Positions 10,126 through 20,451 of a stretch of 64,000 nucleotides of DNA are shown one piece after another. The DNA is from an uncultured Pseudomonadota bacterium (GTDB taxonomy: Bacteria; Pseudomonadota; Gammaproteobacteria; Burkholderiales; Casimicrobiaceae): positions 102,996-166,995 of the forward strand of contig CAWFKR010000014.1 of the NCBI GenBank assembly GCA_963816415.1, read 5' to 3'. Positions within the stretch are counted from its first letter, which is position 1. Each line of letters starts with the position of its first letter. A model generated the notes under the pieces. It worked only from the letters and a program-made list of their open reading frames with translations, searched no databases and had not been told where the DNA came from. Made by a program: the position numbers and the translations under genes.

Positions 10126-10158
10126 AGGTTGACGCTGCTTTCTTAACTGATCCTTAAG
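10126..10158 (-). promoter_or_regulatory. Tandem PmrA/QseB-type box plus -10-like hexamer
   Basis: Minus strand CTTAAG-GATCA-GTTAAG, 10-nt spacer, CAACCT. Confidence 0.6.
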
Positions 10159-10218
10159 ACATTGTCATGACGAGGCCGCCGTCGGTCGCCACCGCGCGAT
10201 CGCTGGCCCGGCGGCGCT

Positions 10219-10938
10219 TCAGCTTCCCCGTTCGCGGGACGCGTGCTGCCGGTCCGCCTGCTCGCTGCGCAGGTCCGCGGGTTTTCTCGCATCCGCCTTC
10301 ACCGCGTGCGTTCGCGGAAGGCCGGGAATCTCGACGGCGCCGCTCCAGAATGCCGCGATGAACCCCGCCAGCAGCACCGCGGTGACCCAGCGCGTCGTGC
10401 GTATGGCCTGGCCCGGGTGTCCGGACTTGTAGCCGGTGAGCATCGCTTTGGCGAGGTTCTCGCGATGAAGAAAGCTGCTGACGAGGACCCCGGCGACGTG
10501 TGCGATGACGATTCCGAGCATCACGTTGCCTGCGACCTGGTGGACGTCGCCGATCCACTTGCCGACGAGATGGTTGTACCTCGCATAGCCGGTGCCGGTG
10601 GTGAAGATGCCCAGCGTGACGATCGCGTAGACCGCCCAGCTTCCGGCAGGGTTGTGTCCGACGTAGTGGCGCGGACTGCGCGCCAGCAACGAGCCGAGGT
10701 AGTCGCGCACGGCCTGCGGTCCGTAGCTGAACGACGACAGCCGTGCGTAGCGCGTGCCGATGATCGCCCATATCAGCCGGAACGCGAGCAGCACGGCGAC
10801 CGTGTAGCCGAACGTGACGTGGACGTAACGCAGGCTGTCGTAGCCGGAGGTCACATACGCGCCGGCGAAAGAGATCGCCAGCAGCCAGTGGAACACGCGG
10901 ACCGGAAGGTCCCAGACGAGAATGGGGGTCTTTTCCAA
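10219..10938 (-). CDS. Cytochrome b/b6 domain membrane protein (Ni/Fe-hydrogenase cytochrome b-like)
   Basis: VWDLPVRVFHW, HVTFGY, RLIWAIIGTRYAR, YVGHNPAG, H..AGN, HVAGV...ENLAKAMLTG; TTG start with GAGG RBS. Confidence 0.88.
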   Translation of the reverse strand: MEKTPILVWDLPVRVFHWLLAISFAGAYVTSGYDSLRYVHVTFGYTVAVLLAFRLIWAIIGTRYARLSSFSYGPQAVRDYLGSLLARSPRHYVGHNPAGSWAVYAIVTLGIFTTGTGYARYNHLVGKWIGDVHQVAGNVMLGIVIAHVAGVLVSSFLHRENLAKAMLTGYKSGHPGQAIRTTRWVTAVLLAGFIAAFWSGAVEIPGLPRTHAVKADARKPADLRSEQADRQHASRERGS

Positions 10939-10993
10939 GGGTTGCCTCGCGCTTGCGTCGCACACGCCCTGGGTTGGCGGATGCGCGAAGCCG

Positions 10994-11026
10994 AGACTAA
11001 GGCCGGATCCTTACCGGATGCTTAAC
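10994..11026 (-). promoter_or_regulatory. Tandem PmrA/QseB-type box plus -10 hexamer
   Basis: Minus strand GTTAAG-CATCC-GGTAAG, 10-nt spacer, TAGTCT. Confidence 0.6.
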
Positions 11027-11083
11027 TGGCCCGCGAGGGTGGCACCTGCGGGGGGGCGGCGAATTTCGCCGACGCGCAGGCGA

Positions 11084-11788
11084 TCAGCGCATTTCGCCGA
11101 CGGGAAGGGCGGCGCCGTGGATGGCGCGCGCGTCTTGCGATGCGAGGAACAGGATCACATTGGCGAGATCCTGCGGCGCGACCCACGTCGAAGTGTCGGC
11201 ATCGGGCATCGACTTCCGGTTGTCCGGCGTGTCGATGATCGTCGGAAGGACGCAGTTCACGTGGACCCCACGGTCGTGCAGTTCGGCTTCCATCGCCTCG
11301 GTGAGCCGGATCACTGCGCTTTTCGCCGCGCTGTAGGCGCCCATCCGCGCCGCGCCCCGGTTCGCCGCGAACGCCGCGACATTGACGATGCGTCCGCCCC
11401 TGCCGTCGAGCATGTGCGGCACGACGGCGTGCGCGGCGTGGACCAGGCTGCGCACGTTGATGTCGAAGACGAAGTCGAGCGTCTCGTCGGAGAGTTCGTG
11501 CACGGCTTCGCCCATCCGGAAGCCGCCGACGATGTTGCACAGCGCGTCGATCCGGCCGAAGCGGCCGGCTGCCGCCGCAATCGCGCGATCGACGTCATCG
11601 CGATCGAGGAGATCGGCGGCGACGAGCAGGCGGCGCGGCGTGTCCTGCCCGAACGCGTCGGCGAGGTGGCTCCGGTGACGCTCGACCAGCACCAGGTTCG
11701 CCTCCGCGGCGGCGAATGCCGAGGCGACCGCGCGGCCGAGTTGCCCCGCAGCGCCGGTGACGACGACAGTCCGATCGCGAAAGTCCAT
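11084..11788 (-). CDS. SDR family NAD(P)-dependent oxidoreductase
   Basis: VTGAAGQLG, YSAAKS catalytic motif, VNCVLPTIIDT. Confidence 0.92.
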   Translation of the reverse strand: MDFRDRTVVVTGAAGQLGRAVASAFAAAEANLVLVERHRSHLADAFGQDTPRRLLVAADLLDRDDVDRAIAAAAGRFGRIDALCNIVGGFRMGEAVHELSDETLDFVFDINVRSLVHAAHAVVPHMLDGRGGRIVNVAAFAANRGAARMGAYSAAKSAVIRLTEAMEAELHDRGVHVNCVLPTIIDTPDNRKSMPDADTSTWVAPQDLANVILFLASQDARAIHGAALPVGEMR

Positions 11789-11889
11789 GTCGCGGTGCCT
11801 TCCCCTGGAGGTCTCGATCGGACATGTTACCGCGGGACTGCAGCCCCCGCAGCTTGCCGACGCCGCGCCGCCGTGGGACGCTCTCCCGC

Positions 11890-12996
11890 GTGAAGCTCTT
11901 TCTCTGCGGCGACGTGATGACCGGACGCGGCATCGACCAGATCCTGCCGCATCCGGGCAGGCCGCAGCTGTACGAACCGTACATGCGCTCGGCGCAAGGC
12001 TACGTCGATCTGGCCGAGCAGGCGTCGGGGCCGATCCTGCGTCCCGTCGGCTTCGACTACATCTGGGGTGATGCGCTGGCGGTGCTCGATCGCGAGCACC
12101 CCGATGCGCGGATCGTCAACCTGGAAACGGCGATCACCACCGCCGACGACGCGTGGCCCGGCAAGTCCATCCATTACCGGATGCATCCCGACAACGTCGG
12201 CTGCCTTTCCGCAGCGGGCGTCGATTGCTGCGTTCTTGCCAACAATCACGTGCTCGACTGGGGCTACGACGGCCTCCGGTCGACCCTTGCCACCCTGCAC
12301 GCTGCCGGCATGCGAACGGCCGGCGCGGGACTGACGCGCGCCGCCGCTGCCGCGCCCGCAGTCCTCGATGTGGCACAGGGCTCGCGCGTTCTGGTGTTCG
12401 CGATGGGAATGGCGAGCGCGGGCGTGATCGAGGACTGGGCCGCGACCGACGATCGTCCGGGCGTCGATTTCCTGCACGAGCTTTCGCAGGACGCGGTGCG
12501 GGCGATCGCGCGCCGGGTCGGCGAGGTGAAACGCGGCGGCGACATCGTCGTCGCGTCGATCCACTGGGGCTCGAACTGGGGTTACGGCGTCCTGCCCGCG
12601 CAGCGGGAATTCGCGCATCGGCTGATCGACGAGGCACGGGTCGATGTCGTTCATGGCCACTCGTCGCATCACCCGATCGGCATCGAGGTCCACGACGGCC
12701 GACTCGTCCTCTACGGCTGCGGCGATTTCATCGACGACTACGAAGGCATCAGCGGCTACGAGGCGTTCCGTCCCGACCTCACCGCCGCGTACTTTCCGAG
12801 CCTCGACGCCACCGGACGCCTCGCCGCGCTCACGCTGGCGCCGATGCGCATCGACCACCTGCGGGTCAATCGCGCGACGACGGCCGAGGCCCGCTGGCTC
12901 GCGCAGGCGCTGACGCGTGCTTCGCGCGATTTCGGGGTCGCGATCGCCGTCGAAGGTGAGGGCGATGATCTGCGACTGGTCGTCGGGCGGCGTTGA
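11890..12996 (+). CDS. CapA/PGA_cap family metallophosphoesterase-fold protein
   Basis: GDVMTGRG, NLET, LANNHVLDWG, SIHWG, HGHSSHH, YGCGDF; GTG start 11890. Confidence 0.9.
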   Translation: MKLFLCGDVMTGRGIDQILPHPGRPQLYEPYMRSAQGYVDLAEQASGPILRPVGFDYIWGDALAVLDREHPDARIVNLETAITTADDAWPGKSIHYRMHPDNVGCLSAAGVDCCVLANNHVLDWGYDGLRSTLATLHAAGMRTAGAGLTRAAAAAPAVLDVAQGSRVLVFAMGMASAGVIEDWAATDDRPGVDFLHELSQDAVRAIARRVGEVKRGGDIVVASIHWGSNWGYGVLPAQREFAHRLIDEARVDVVHGHSSHHPIGIEVHDGRLVLYGCGDFIDDYEGISGYEAFRPDLTAAYFPSLDATGRLAALTLAPMRIDHLRVNRATTAEARWLAQALTRASRDFGVAIAVEGEGDDLRLVVGRR

Positions 12997-13036
12997 CCGG
13001 TCCGACCCCGTCGCGCGGCGTTGTCCGGTCCGACCC
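12987..13036. repeat. 22-bp direct repeat, two copies, 28-bp period
   Basis: GCGGCGTTGACCGGTCCGACCC (12987-13008) and GCGGCGTTGTCCGGTCCGACCC (13015-13036), 21/22 identical. Confidence 0.8.
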
Positions 13037-13071
13037 GTGGGGCGTCGCCACGGGCGCTGCGCCGATGCAGG

Positions 13072-13113
13072 TTGACGTGAATCAAGAACCGCGCCGGGGC
13101 TGCAGGAGACGAT
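13072..13113 (+). promoter_or_regulatory. FNR/CRP-family box with class II promoter spacing
   Basis: TTGAC-GTGA-ATCAA (13072-13085), 22 nt, GACGAT (13108-13113), upstream of acsA. Confidence 0.72.
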
Positions 13114-13145
13114 AGCAACCGGGCGAAGAATGAAGGACCGGGTCG

Positions 13146-14909
<1,764 letters not shown>

Positions 14910-14997
14910 GCGCGAAAGCTGAGCCCAGGGGCGGCCCCGAGGGCGAATGCCGGAGTGCGCGGCACGACGGTGGTCCAATGCACCCGAAGGAGACCCG

Positions 14998-15981
14998 ATG
15001 AGCGCCGGTGCGGTCACGCTGCCGCGCGAGTCGGCGCTCGCGCTGCTCACCGACATGCTGCGCATACGCCGCTTCGAGGAGCGCTGCGCCGATCTCTACG
15101 GGCAGCAGAAGATTCGCGGTTTCCTGCATCTGTACATCGGCGAGGAGGCGGTTGCGGTGGGCGCCGTGCATGCGCTCGCCGCGGACGACGCGATCGTCGC
15201 GACGTATCGCGAGCACGGCCACGCGCTGGTCCGCGGCATCCCGGCGAACGCGATCATGGCCGAGATGTACGGCAAGCGCGAGGGGTGCTGTCGCGGGCGG
15301 GGCGGGTCGATGCACCTGTTCGATGCCGCGACGCGCTTCTATGGCGGCAATGCGATCGTCGGCGGCGGCCTGCCGATCGCCGTCGGTCTCGCACTCGCCG
15401 ACCGGATGCAGGGACGCAAGCGCGTGACGGCGGCATTCTTCGGGGAGGGCGCGATCGCCGAAGGCGCGTTCCACGAATCGATGAATCTCGCCGCGCTGTG
15501 GCAGCTTCCGGTCGCCTTCTTCTGCGAGAACAACCTCTACGCGATGGGAACGGCGCTCGCGCGATCCGAGTCGCAGACGGACCTCTGCGTGAAGGCCGCG
15601 GCCTTCGGCATACCGGCGTCCCTCGTCGACGGCATGGACGTGATCGCGGTGCACGAGGCGGCGCGCGAAGCCGTCGCGCGCGTGCGCGAGGGCGGACCGT
15701 GCTTCGTCGAATTCCAGACCTATCGCTATCGCGCGCATTCGATGTTCGACCCCGACCTCTACCGGGACAAGGCCGAGATCGAGGCGTGGAAGAAGCGCGG
15801 CCCGATCCACAACCTGTCCAATCGACTCAAGGCCCAGGGACTGCTCACCGAGGAGCAATTCCTCGCGCTCGACGCCGGGGCGGCGAGGGAGGTGGAGGAG
15901 GCCGTCGCGTTCGCCGAGGCGGGGAGCCTCGAACCCGTCGAGGACCTGGCCCTCGACCTCGTCGCGGGGCCGGCGCGATGA
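14998..15981 (+). CDS. pdhA: Pyruvate/2-oxoacid dehydrogenase E1 alpha subunit
   Basis: [29 protein letters not shown] motif GEGA...[12 protein letters not shown]. Confidence 0.92.
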   Translation: MSAGAVTLPRESALALLTDMLRIRRFEERCADLYGQQKIRGFLHLYIGEEAVAVGAVHALAADDAIVATYREHGHALVRGIPANAIMAEMYGKREGCCRGRGGSMHLFDAATRFYGGNAIVGGGLPIAVGLALADRMQGRKRVTAAFFGEGAIAEGAFHESMNLAALWQLPVAFFCENNLYAMGTALARSESQTDLCVKAAAFGIPASLVDGMDVIAVHEAAREAVARVREGGPCFVEFQTYRYRAHSMFDPDLYRDKAEIEAWKKRGPIHNLSNRLKAQGLLTEEQFLALDAGAAREVEEAVAFAEAGSLEPVEDLALDLVAGPAR

Positions 15982-16955
15982 GGATCAGCTACCGCGAGGC
16001 GATGCGCATGGCGCTGCACGATGCGCTGGCGTCGGACCCGCGCGTGTTCCTGATGGGCGAGGACGTCGGCCGGTACGGCGGCTCCTACGCCGTGTCCAAG
16101 GGGCTCCTCGACGAATTCGGCCCCGAGCGCATCCGCGACGCGCCGCTGTCCGAGCTCGCTTTCGTCGGCGCGGGCATCGGTGCGGCGCTGGGGGGGATGC
16201 GTCCGATCGTCGAGGTGATGACCGTCAACTTCAGCCTGCTGGCGCTCGACCAGATCGTCAATGCGGCAGCGCTCTACCGCCACATGTCGGCGGGGCAGTT
16301 CCACGTGCCGCTGGTGATCCGGATGGCGACCGGAGCGGGGCGGCAGCTCGCGGCGCAGCATTCGCACAGCCTCGAGAACTGGTACGCCCACGTCCCGGGT
16401 CTCACCGTCGTGGCGCCGGCGACGATCGACGATGCGCGCGGCATGCTGGCGCCGGCCATCGCCGATCCGGATCCGGTGATCGTCTTCGAACACGCATTGC
16501 TCTACAACGACGAAGGCGAACTGACCGACGCGTGGCGCAGCCGTGACCTGCGGTCGGCGCAGGTCCTGCGCGAGGGGCGCGACGTCACGCTGATCGCCTG
16601 GGGCGGCTCGGTCGGGAAGGCGCTCGCGGCCGCCGGCGAGCTTGCAGCCGACGGCATTCACGCCGAGGTCGTCGACCTGCGCGTGCTGCGGCCGCTCGAC
16701 GACGCGACGTACATCGGGTCGGTGCGCCGCACACATCGCGCCGTTGTCGTCGACGAGGGCTGGCGCTCGGGCAGCCTCGCGGCCGAGGTGATGGCGCGCA
16801 TCATGGAGCAGGCGCTCTACGACCTCGACGCGCCCGTCGCGCGCGTGTGCAGCGAGGAGGTCCCGATTCCGTATGCGAAGCACCTGGAGGATGCGGCATT
16901 GCCGCAGGCTGCGAAGATCGTTGCCGCGGTGCGGCGGGTGCTGGGCAGGGACTGA
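15978..16955 (+). CDS. pdhB: Pyruvate/2-oxoacid dehydrogenase E1 beta subunit
   Basis: [32 protein letters not shown]; ATGA overlap with pdhA. Confidence 0.92.
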   Translation: MRISYREAMRMALHDALASDPRVFLMGEDVGRYGGSYAVSKGLLDEFGPERIRDAPLSELAFVGAGIGAALGGMRPIVEVMTVNFSLLALDQIVNAAALYRHMSAGQFHVPLVIRMATGAGRQLAAQHSHSLENWYAHVPGLTVVAPATIDDARGMLAPAIADPDPVIVFEHALLYNDEGELTDAWRSRDLRSAQVLREGRDVTLIAWGGSVGKALAAAGELAADGIHAEVVDLRVLRPLDDATYIGSVRRTHRAVVVDEGWRSGSLAAEVMARIMEQALYDLDAPVARVCSEEVPIPYAKHLEDAALPQAAKIVAAVRRVLGRD

Positions 16956-16964
16956 GGGGCCGCG

Positions 16965-18287
16965 ATGATCGAGTTCAGGCTGCCCTCGCTCGGCGCTGAA
17001 ATGGATGAAGGCACGCTGCTCGAGTGGAAAGTCAAGACCGGCGACGTCGTGCGCAAGGGGGACGTCGTTGCGGTCGTCGACACCAGCAAGTCGGCGATCG
17101 ACGTCGAGATCTGGAACGAGGGAACGATCTACGAACTCTTGCTCGAGCCACTACGCAAGGTCCCCGTCGGCACACTGATGGCTCGATTGCTCGAGCCCGG
17201 CGAAACCGTCGAGCACGCCGAGGCGGAGAAGCGGCGCCTGCAGGCGGCGGCCGCGGGCAGGGAAACGCCTGCGCCGGTAGCGGCACCCCCGGGCGCGGTG
17301 CCGGTCGGGACGGCCGCAGCGGCTCCCGCCACCCCTGCCACCGCCGCCACCGGCTCGGCGGTGGCGGCTGCCGCGCCTCCGGGCGCCGCGTCACCGGCTG
17401 CAGGGCGGCAGCGAGTATCGCCTGCGGCACGCGTGCGCGCCCAGGCGCTGGGACTCGATCTCGCCGGCGTCACCGGGACCGGGCCCGGCGGGGCGATCAC
17501 GCTCGACGACGTCCAGACGGCGGCTCGCGCCGCGCGACCCGCGGAAGCTGAGCCAGCGGCCGCCGCGACGGCGCCGCGCGAAGCGGCAAGGCCTTCGGCG
17601 GCCGACCGCGCCCTTGCGATGCGAGGCGCGATCGCTGCGGCAATGGCGCGGTCCAAGCGCGACATCCCCCACTACTACCTCGCGGTCGACATTCCGCTGC
17701 TGCGGCTGCAGCAATGGCTGGCCGCGCACAACGCGCCGAGGCCGGTGACCGGCCGCGTGCTGATGGCGGTGCCGCTCCTGAAGGCGGTCGCGCTCGCCCT
17801 TCGCAGGTTTCCCGACCTGAACGGGCACCACGTCGACGGAGCGTTCGTGCCTGCAACCGGCATCCATCCCGGGGTCGCCATCTCGCTTCGACAGGGCGGG
17901 CTCATCGCGCCGGCGATCCACGATGCCGACGCGCTGGGAATCGACGCACTGATGCGCCAGCTCGCCGACCTCGTCGCGCGCGCGCGCGCGCTGACGCTGC
18001 GCAGCTCGGAGATGACCGACGCGACGATCACCGTCACCAACCTCGGCGAGCAGGGCGTCGAGCTCGTGCAGGGAATCATCTACCCGCCGCAGGTTGCGCT
18101 CGTGGGTTTCGGCCGCGTGAGCGATCGCCCGTGGGTCGACGGCGGGCAGGTGATCGTCGCACCGGTCGTCACCGCGAGCCTCGCGGCCGACCATCGGGCG
18201 AGCGACGGTCACCGCGGCGCGCTGTTCCTCAACGAGATCTCCCGGCTGCTGCAGGAGCCCGCACAGCTCGACGGGGTCGCGGGATGA
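16965..18287 (+). CDS. pdhC: Dihydrolipoamide acyltransferase E2
   Basis: Lipoyl domain (DTSKSAID), Ala/Pro linker, E3-binding SPAARVRA...GTGPGGAIT, catalytic DHRASDG. Confidence 0.9.
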   Translation: MIEFRLPSLGAEMDEGTLLEWKVKTGDVVRKGDVVAVVDTSKSAIDVEIWNEGTIYELLLEPLRKVPVGTLMARLLEPGETVEHAEAEKRRLQAAAAGRETPAPVAAPPGAVPVGTAAAAPATPATAATGSAVAAAAPPGAASPAAGRQRVSPAARVRAQALGLDLAGVTGTGPGGAITLDDVQTAARAARPAEAEPAAAATAPREAARPSAADRALAMRGAIAAAMARSKRDIPHYYLAVDIPLLRLQQWLAAHNAPRPVTGRVLMAVPLLKAVALALRRFPDLNGHHVDGAFVPATGIHPGVAISLRQGGLIAPAIHDADALGIDALMRQLADLVARARALTLRSSEMTDATITVTNLGEQGVELVQGIIYPPQVALVGFGRVSDRPWVDGGQVIVAPVVTASLAADHRASDGHRGALFLNEISRLLQEPAQLDGVAG

Positions 18288-18339
18288 CGGCCCTCGACCC
18301 GCGCGCCGGGCTGCAGGGGTGCAGCAAGGGGAAGGCACG

Positions 18340-18597
18340 ATGACGTCGCCCGGCGATGCGAGGCTGCGTGCCGCAGTGCTGGAGACGCTGCAGCGCGTGG
18401 CACCCGAGATATCGCGGGACGAACTCGCGCCGGCGCAACCGCTGCGCGACCAGGTCGACCTCGACTCGATGGACTGGCTGAACTTCCTCGTCGGATTGCA
18501 CGAGCGCCTGGGGGTCGAGATTCCCGAGGCGGACTACCGCAAGCTCGTGACCCTCGACGACCTTGTTGCGTATCTCAGGACGAGGATCCCGGCCTGA
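18340..18597 (+). CDS. Acyl carrier protein
   Basis: DLDSMD phosphopantetheine Ser motif, LGVEIPE.D, T..DLV.Y; about 85 aa. Confidence 0.88.
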   Translation: MTSPGDARLRAAVLETLQRVAPEISRDELAPAQPLRDQVDLDSMDWLNFLVGLHERLGVEIPEADYRKLVTLDDLVAYLRTRIPA

Positions 18598-19264
18598 CGC
18601 CTGCATCCGGTTGAGCGACGGGCGCCGCGAGGTGGCGCGCGAACCACACGGCCGCCTGGTGCGCGACCTCTTCGAGCGTCCCCGGCTCCTCGAACAGGTG
18701 GGTTGCGCCCGGAACGATCGACAGCTCCTTCTCGCAGCGCAGTTTCGCGTAGGCGCCGCGGTTCAGGAGGATGACTTCGCGGTCTTCGCCGCCGACGATC
18801 AGCAGCGTCGGCGCGCGGACGCGCCCCAGGGCCTGCGCGCCCGCGAGATCCGGGCGGCCGCCGCGGGAGACCACCGCACCGACGCCGGCATCGGCATCGG
18901 CCGCTGCGACCAGCGCCGCGGCAGCGCCCGTGCTGGCGCCGAAATAGCCGAGCGGCAGTTCCCGTGCCTGCGGTTCGTCGCGCAGCCAGCGGGTGGCGCC
19001 CACGAGGCGCTCGCTCAACAGGTCGATGTCGAATCGCGTCGCGTAGTCGCGATCCTCGTCGGGCGTCAGCAGATCGAACAGCAGTGCGCCGAACCCGGCA
19101 TCGAAGAGGACCTGGGCGACGTAGACGTTGCGCGGGCTGAGCCGCGAGCTGCCGCTGCCGTGCGCGAACGCCACGATGCCCCTCGGTCGCGGCGGACGCG
19201 CCAGCGTTCCGGGGAGCAGGACCTGGCCGACCGGAATCTCGACATCGGTGGAAAACGATCGCAT
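18575..19264 (-). CDS. Dienelactone hydrolase-family alpha/beta hydrolase
   Basis: FAHGSGSSRLSPRN, GYFGASTGAAAAL, VSRGGRPDLAG, VPGATHLFEEPG. Confidence 0.88.
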   Translation of the reverse strand: MRSFSTDVEIPVGQVLLPGTLARPPRPRGIVAFAHGSGSSRLSPRNVYVAQVLFDAGFGALLFDLLTPDEDRDYATRFDIDLLSERLVGATRWLRDEPQARELPLGYFGASTGAAAALVAAADADAGVGAVVSRGGRPDLAGAQALGRVRAPTLLIVGGEDREVILLNRGAYAKLRCEKELSIVPGATHLFEEPGTLEEVAHQAAVWFARHLAAPVAQPDAGVRPGSSS

Positions 19265-19316
19265 CGTGGGTTGGAGGCCCTGGCGACGGGATTGCGCGCC
19301 GTCGTGCAGTGCCGCG

Positions 19317-19952
19317 TCAGCGATATTCGACGATTTCGGACAGCGGCAACCGCTTCTTCGCGGCGGGTGCCCGCTCACGGTAGCCCAGCGCGACGACCAG
19401 CGCAACGACGTCCGCGCGGCTGGTGATGCCCAGGGCATCGAGGACCGCGCTCGCCGAGAACGCGCCGATCGGACAGCTGTCGACACCGATGACCGCCGCG
19501 GCCGTCATCATGTTCGCGGCTGCGATGTGGCACTGGGCGATGCTCCATGCGGTGAGGTCGTTGTGCTCAGCGAAGTGCCGGTAGAAATCGAGCAGGGCGG
19601 TGAATTCCGCCGCCGCCGGCGCCATGCGGCCGAACATCCTCGTCACGTATTCGCTGTCGGGCGCGAGCTCCTGCTCGCGCGCGAGGATCACGATCACCGC
19701 ACTGGACGACCCCACCTGCGGCTGGCCCATGCAGGCTTCCTGCAGCGCCTCCTTGAGTGCAGGGTCCTGGACGACGACGAAACGCCAGTGCTCGAGCCCC
19801 AGCGATGACGGCGAGAGCCGTCCGGCCTCGAGCACGTATTCGATATCTTCCTGCGCGACGCGCCGGCCGGGCTCGAACGCCCTGCAGGCATGGCGGAACC
19901 GCATCGCCTCCAGGAAATGCTCGCGCAGCCCTGCCTTCACGTCGTCGGTCAT
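19317..19952 (-). CDS. Nitroreductase family protein
   Basis: FRHACRAF, LSPSSLGLEHW, AA..IGVDSCPIG, LGYR. Confidence 0.9.
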   Translation of the reverse strand: MTDDVKAGLREHFLEAMRFRHACRAFEPGRRVAQEDIEYVLEAGRLSPSSLGLEHWRFVVVQDPALKEALQEACMGQPQVGSSSAVIVILAREQELAPDSEYVTRMFGRMAPAAAEFTALLDFYRHFAEHNDLTAWSIAQCHIAAANMMTAAAVIGVDSCPIGAFSASAVLDALGITSRADVVALVVALGYRERAPAAKKRLPLSEIVEYR

Positions 19953-19962
19953 CGCGCCCCCT

Positions 19963-20358
19963 CTACAGCGATGGCGTGCCCTGGTGTGCGTAGGTCTTCT
20001 CGCGGTGTTCCTGGCATGGGCGGCAGCGCTTCGCCGTCGGGTATGCGCGCAGGCGCTCGAAGCCGATGTCGCCGCCGCAGTCGATGCAGATGCCGAAGCT
20101 GCCGTCCCTGACCCGCAGCTTCGCGGCGTCGATGTCCCGCAGTTCCTGGACGTGGCGGTCGATGATCGCGAGGTTCAGGTCCGCGAGCGCGTCACCGACC
20201 GACTCGTCGCCGACGTCGGCAGGGACGCGCCCGATGATCTCGATGTACTGCTGGTTCTCGCTGTGCTCGAGCTCGTCGCGGACTTCCTCGAGCAACGCCT
20301 GGCGACGCTGGTCGAGCTGCCCGGCGAGCTGGGCCACCTGGGGTCTGGAAAGGGCCAT
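19963..20358 (-). CDS. TraR/DksA family C4 zinc-finger transcription factor
   Basis: Coiled coil with D.GDES tip, FGICIDCG..I..ERL.A.P.A.RC..CQ. Confidence 0.9.
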   Translation of the reverse strand: MALSRPQVAQLAGQLDQRRQALLEEVRDELEHSENQQYIEIIGRVPADVGDESVGDALADLNLAIIDRHVQELRDIDAAKLRVRDGSFGICIDCGGDIGFERLRAYPTAKRCRPCQEHREKTYAHQGTPSL

Positions 20359-20399
20359 TCGGGTCGTTCTCCGCGCGTAGGTCCACGACGATGGTCCCG

Positions 20400-20440
20400 A
20401 TTGTAGGTCCGGCGTCGCCGCAGGGTTTGACTTGGCGCAA
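20400..20440 (-). promoter_or_regulatory. FNR-like box with class II promoter spacing
   Basis: Minus strand TTGCG-CCAA-GTCAA (20440-20427), 21 nt, TACAAT (20405-20400). Confidence 0.6.
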
Positions 20441-20451
20441 GCGCCGGTGAT

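Noticed and set aside
11890-12996. Poly-gamma-glutamate capsule locus
   Set aside because: No capB/capC nearby; stand-alone CapA-family proteins are common.
17220-17620. Ala/Pro-rich low-complexity tracts (E2 linker; also LemA tail and TPM Gly-rich tail near 58930-59040)
   Set aside because: Normal flexible linkers or tails of these families.
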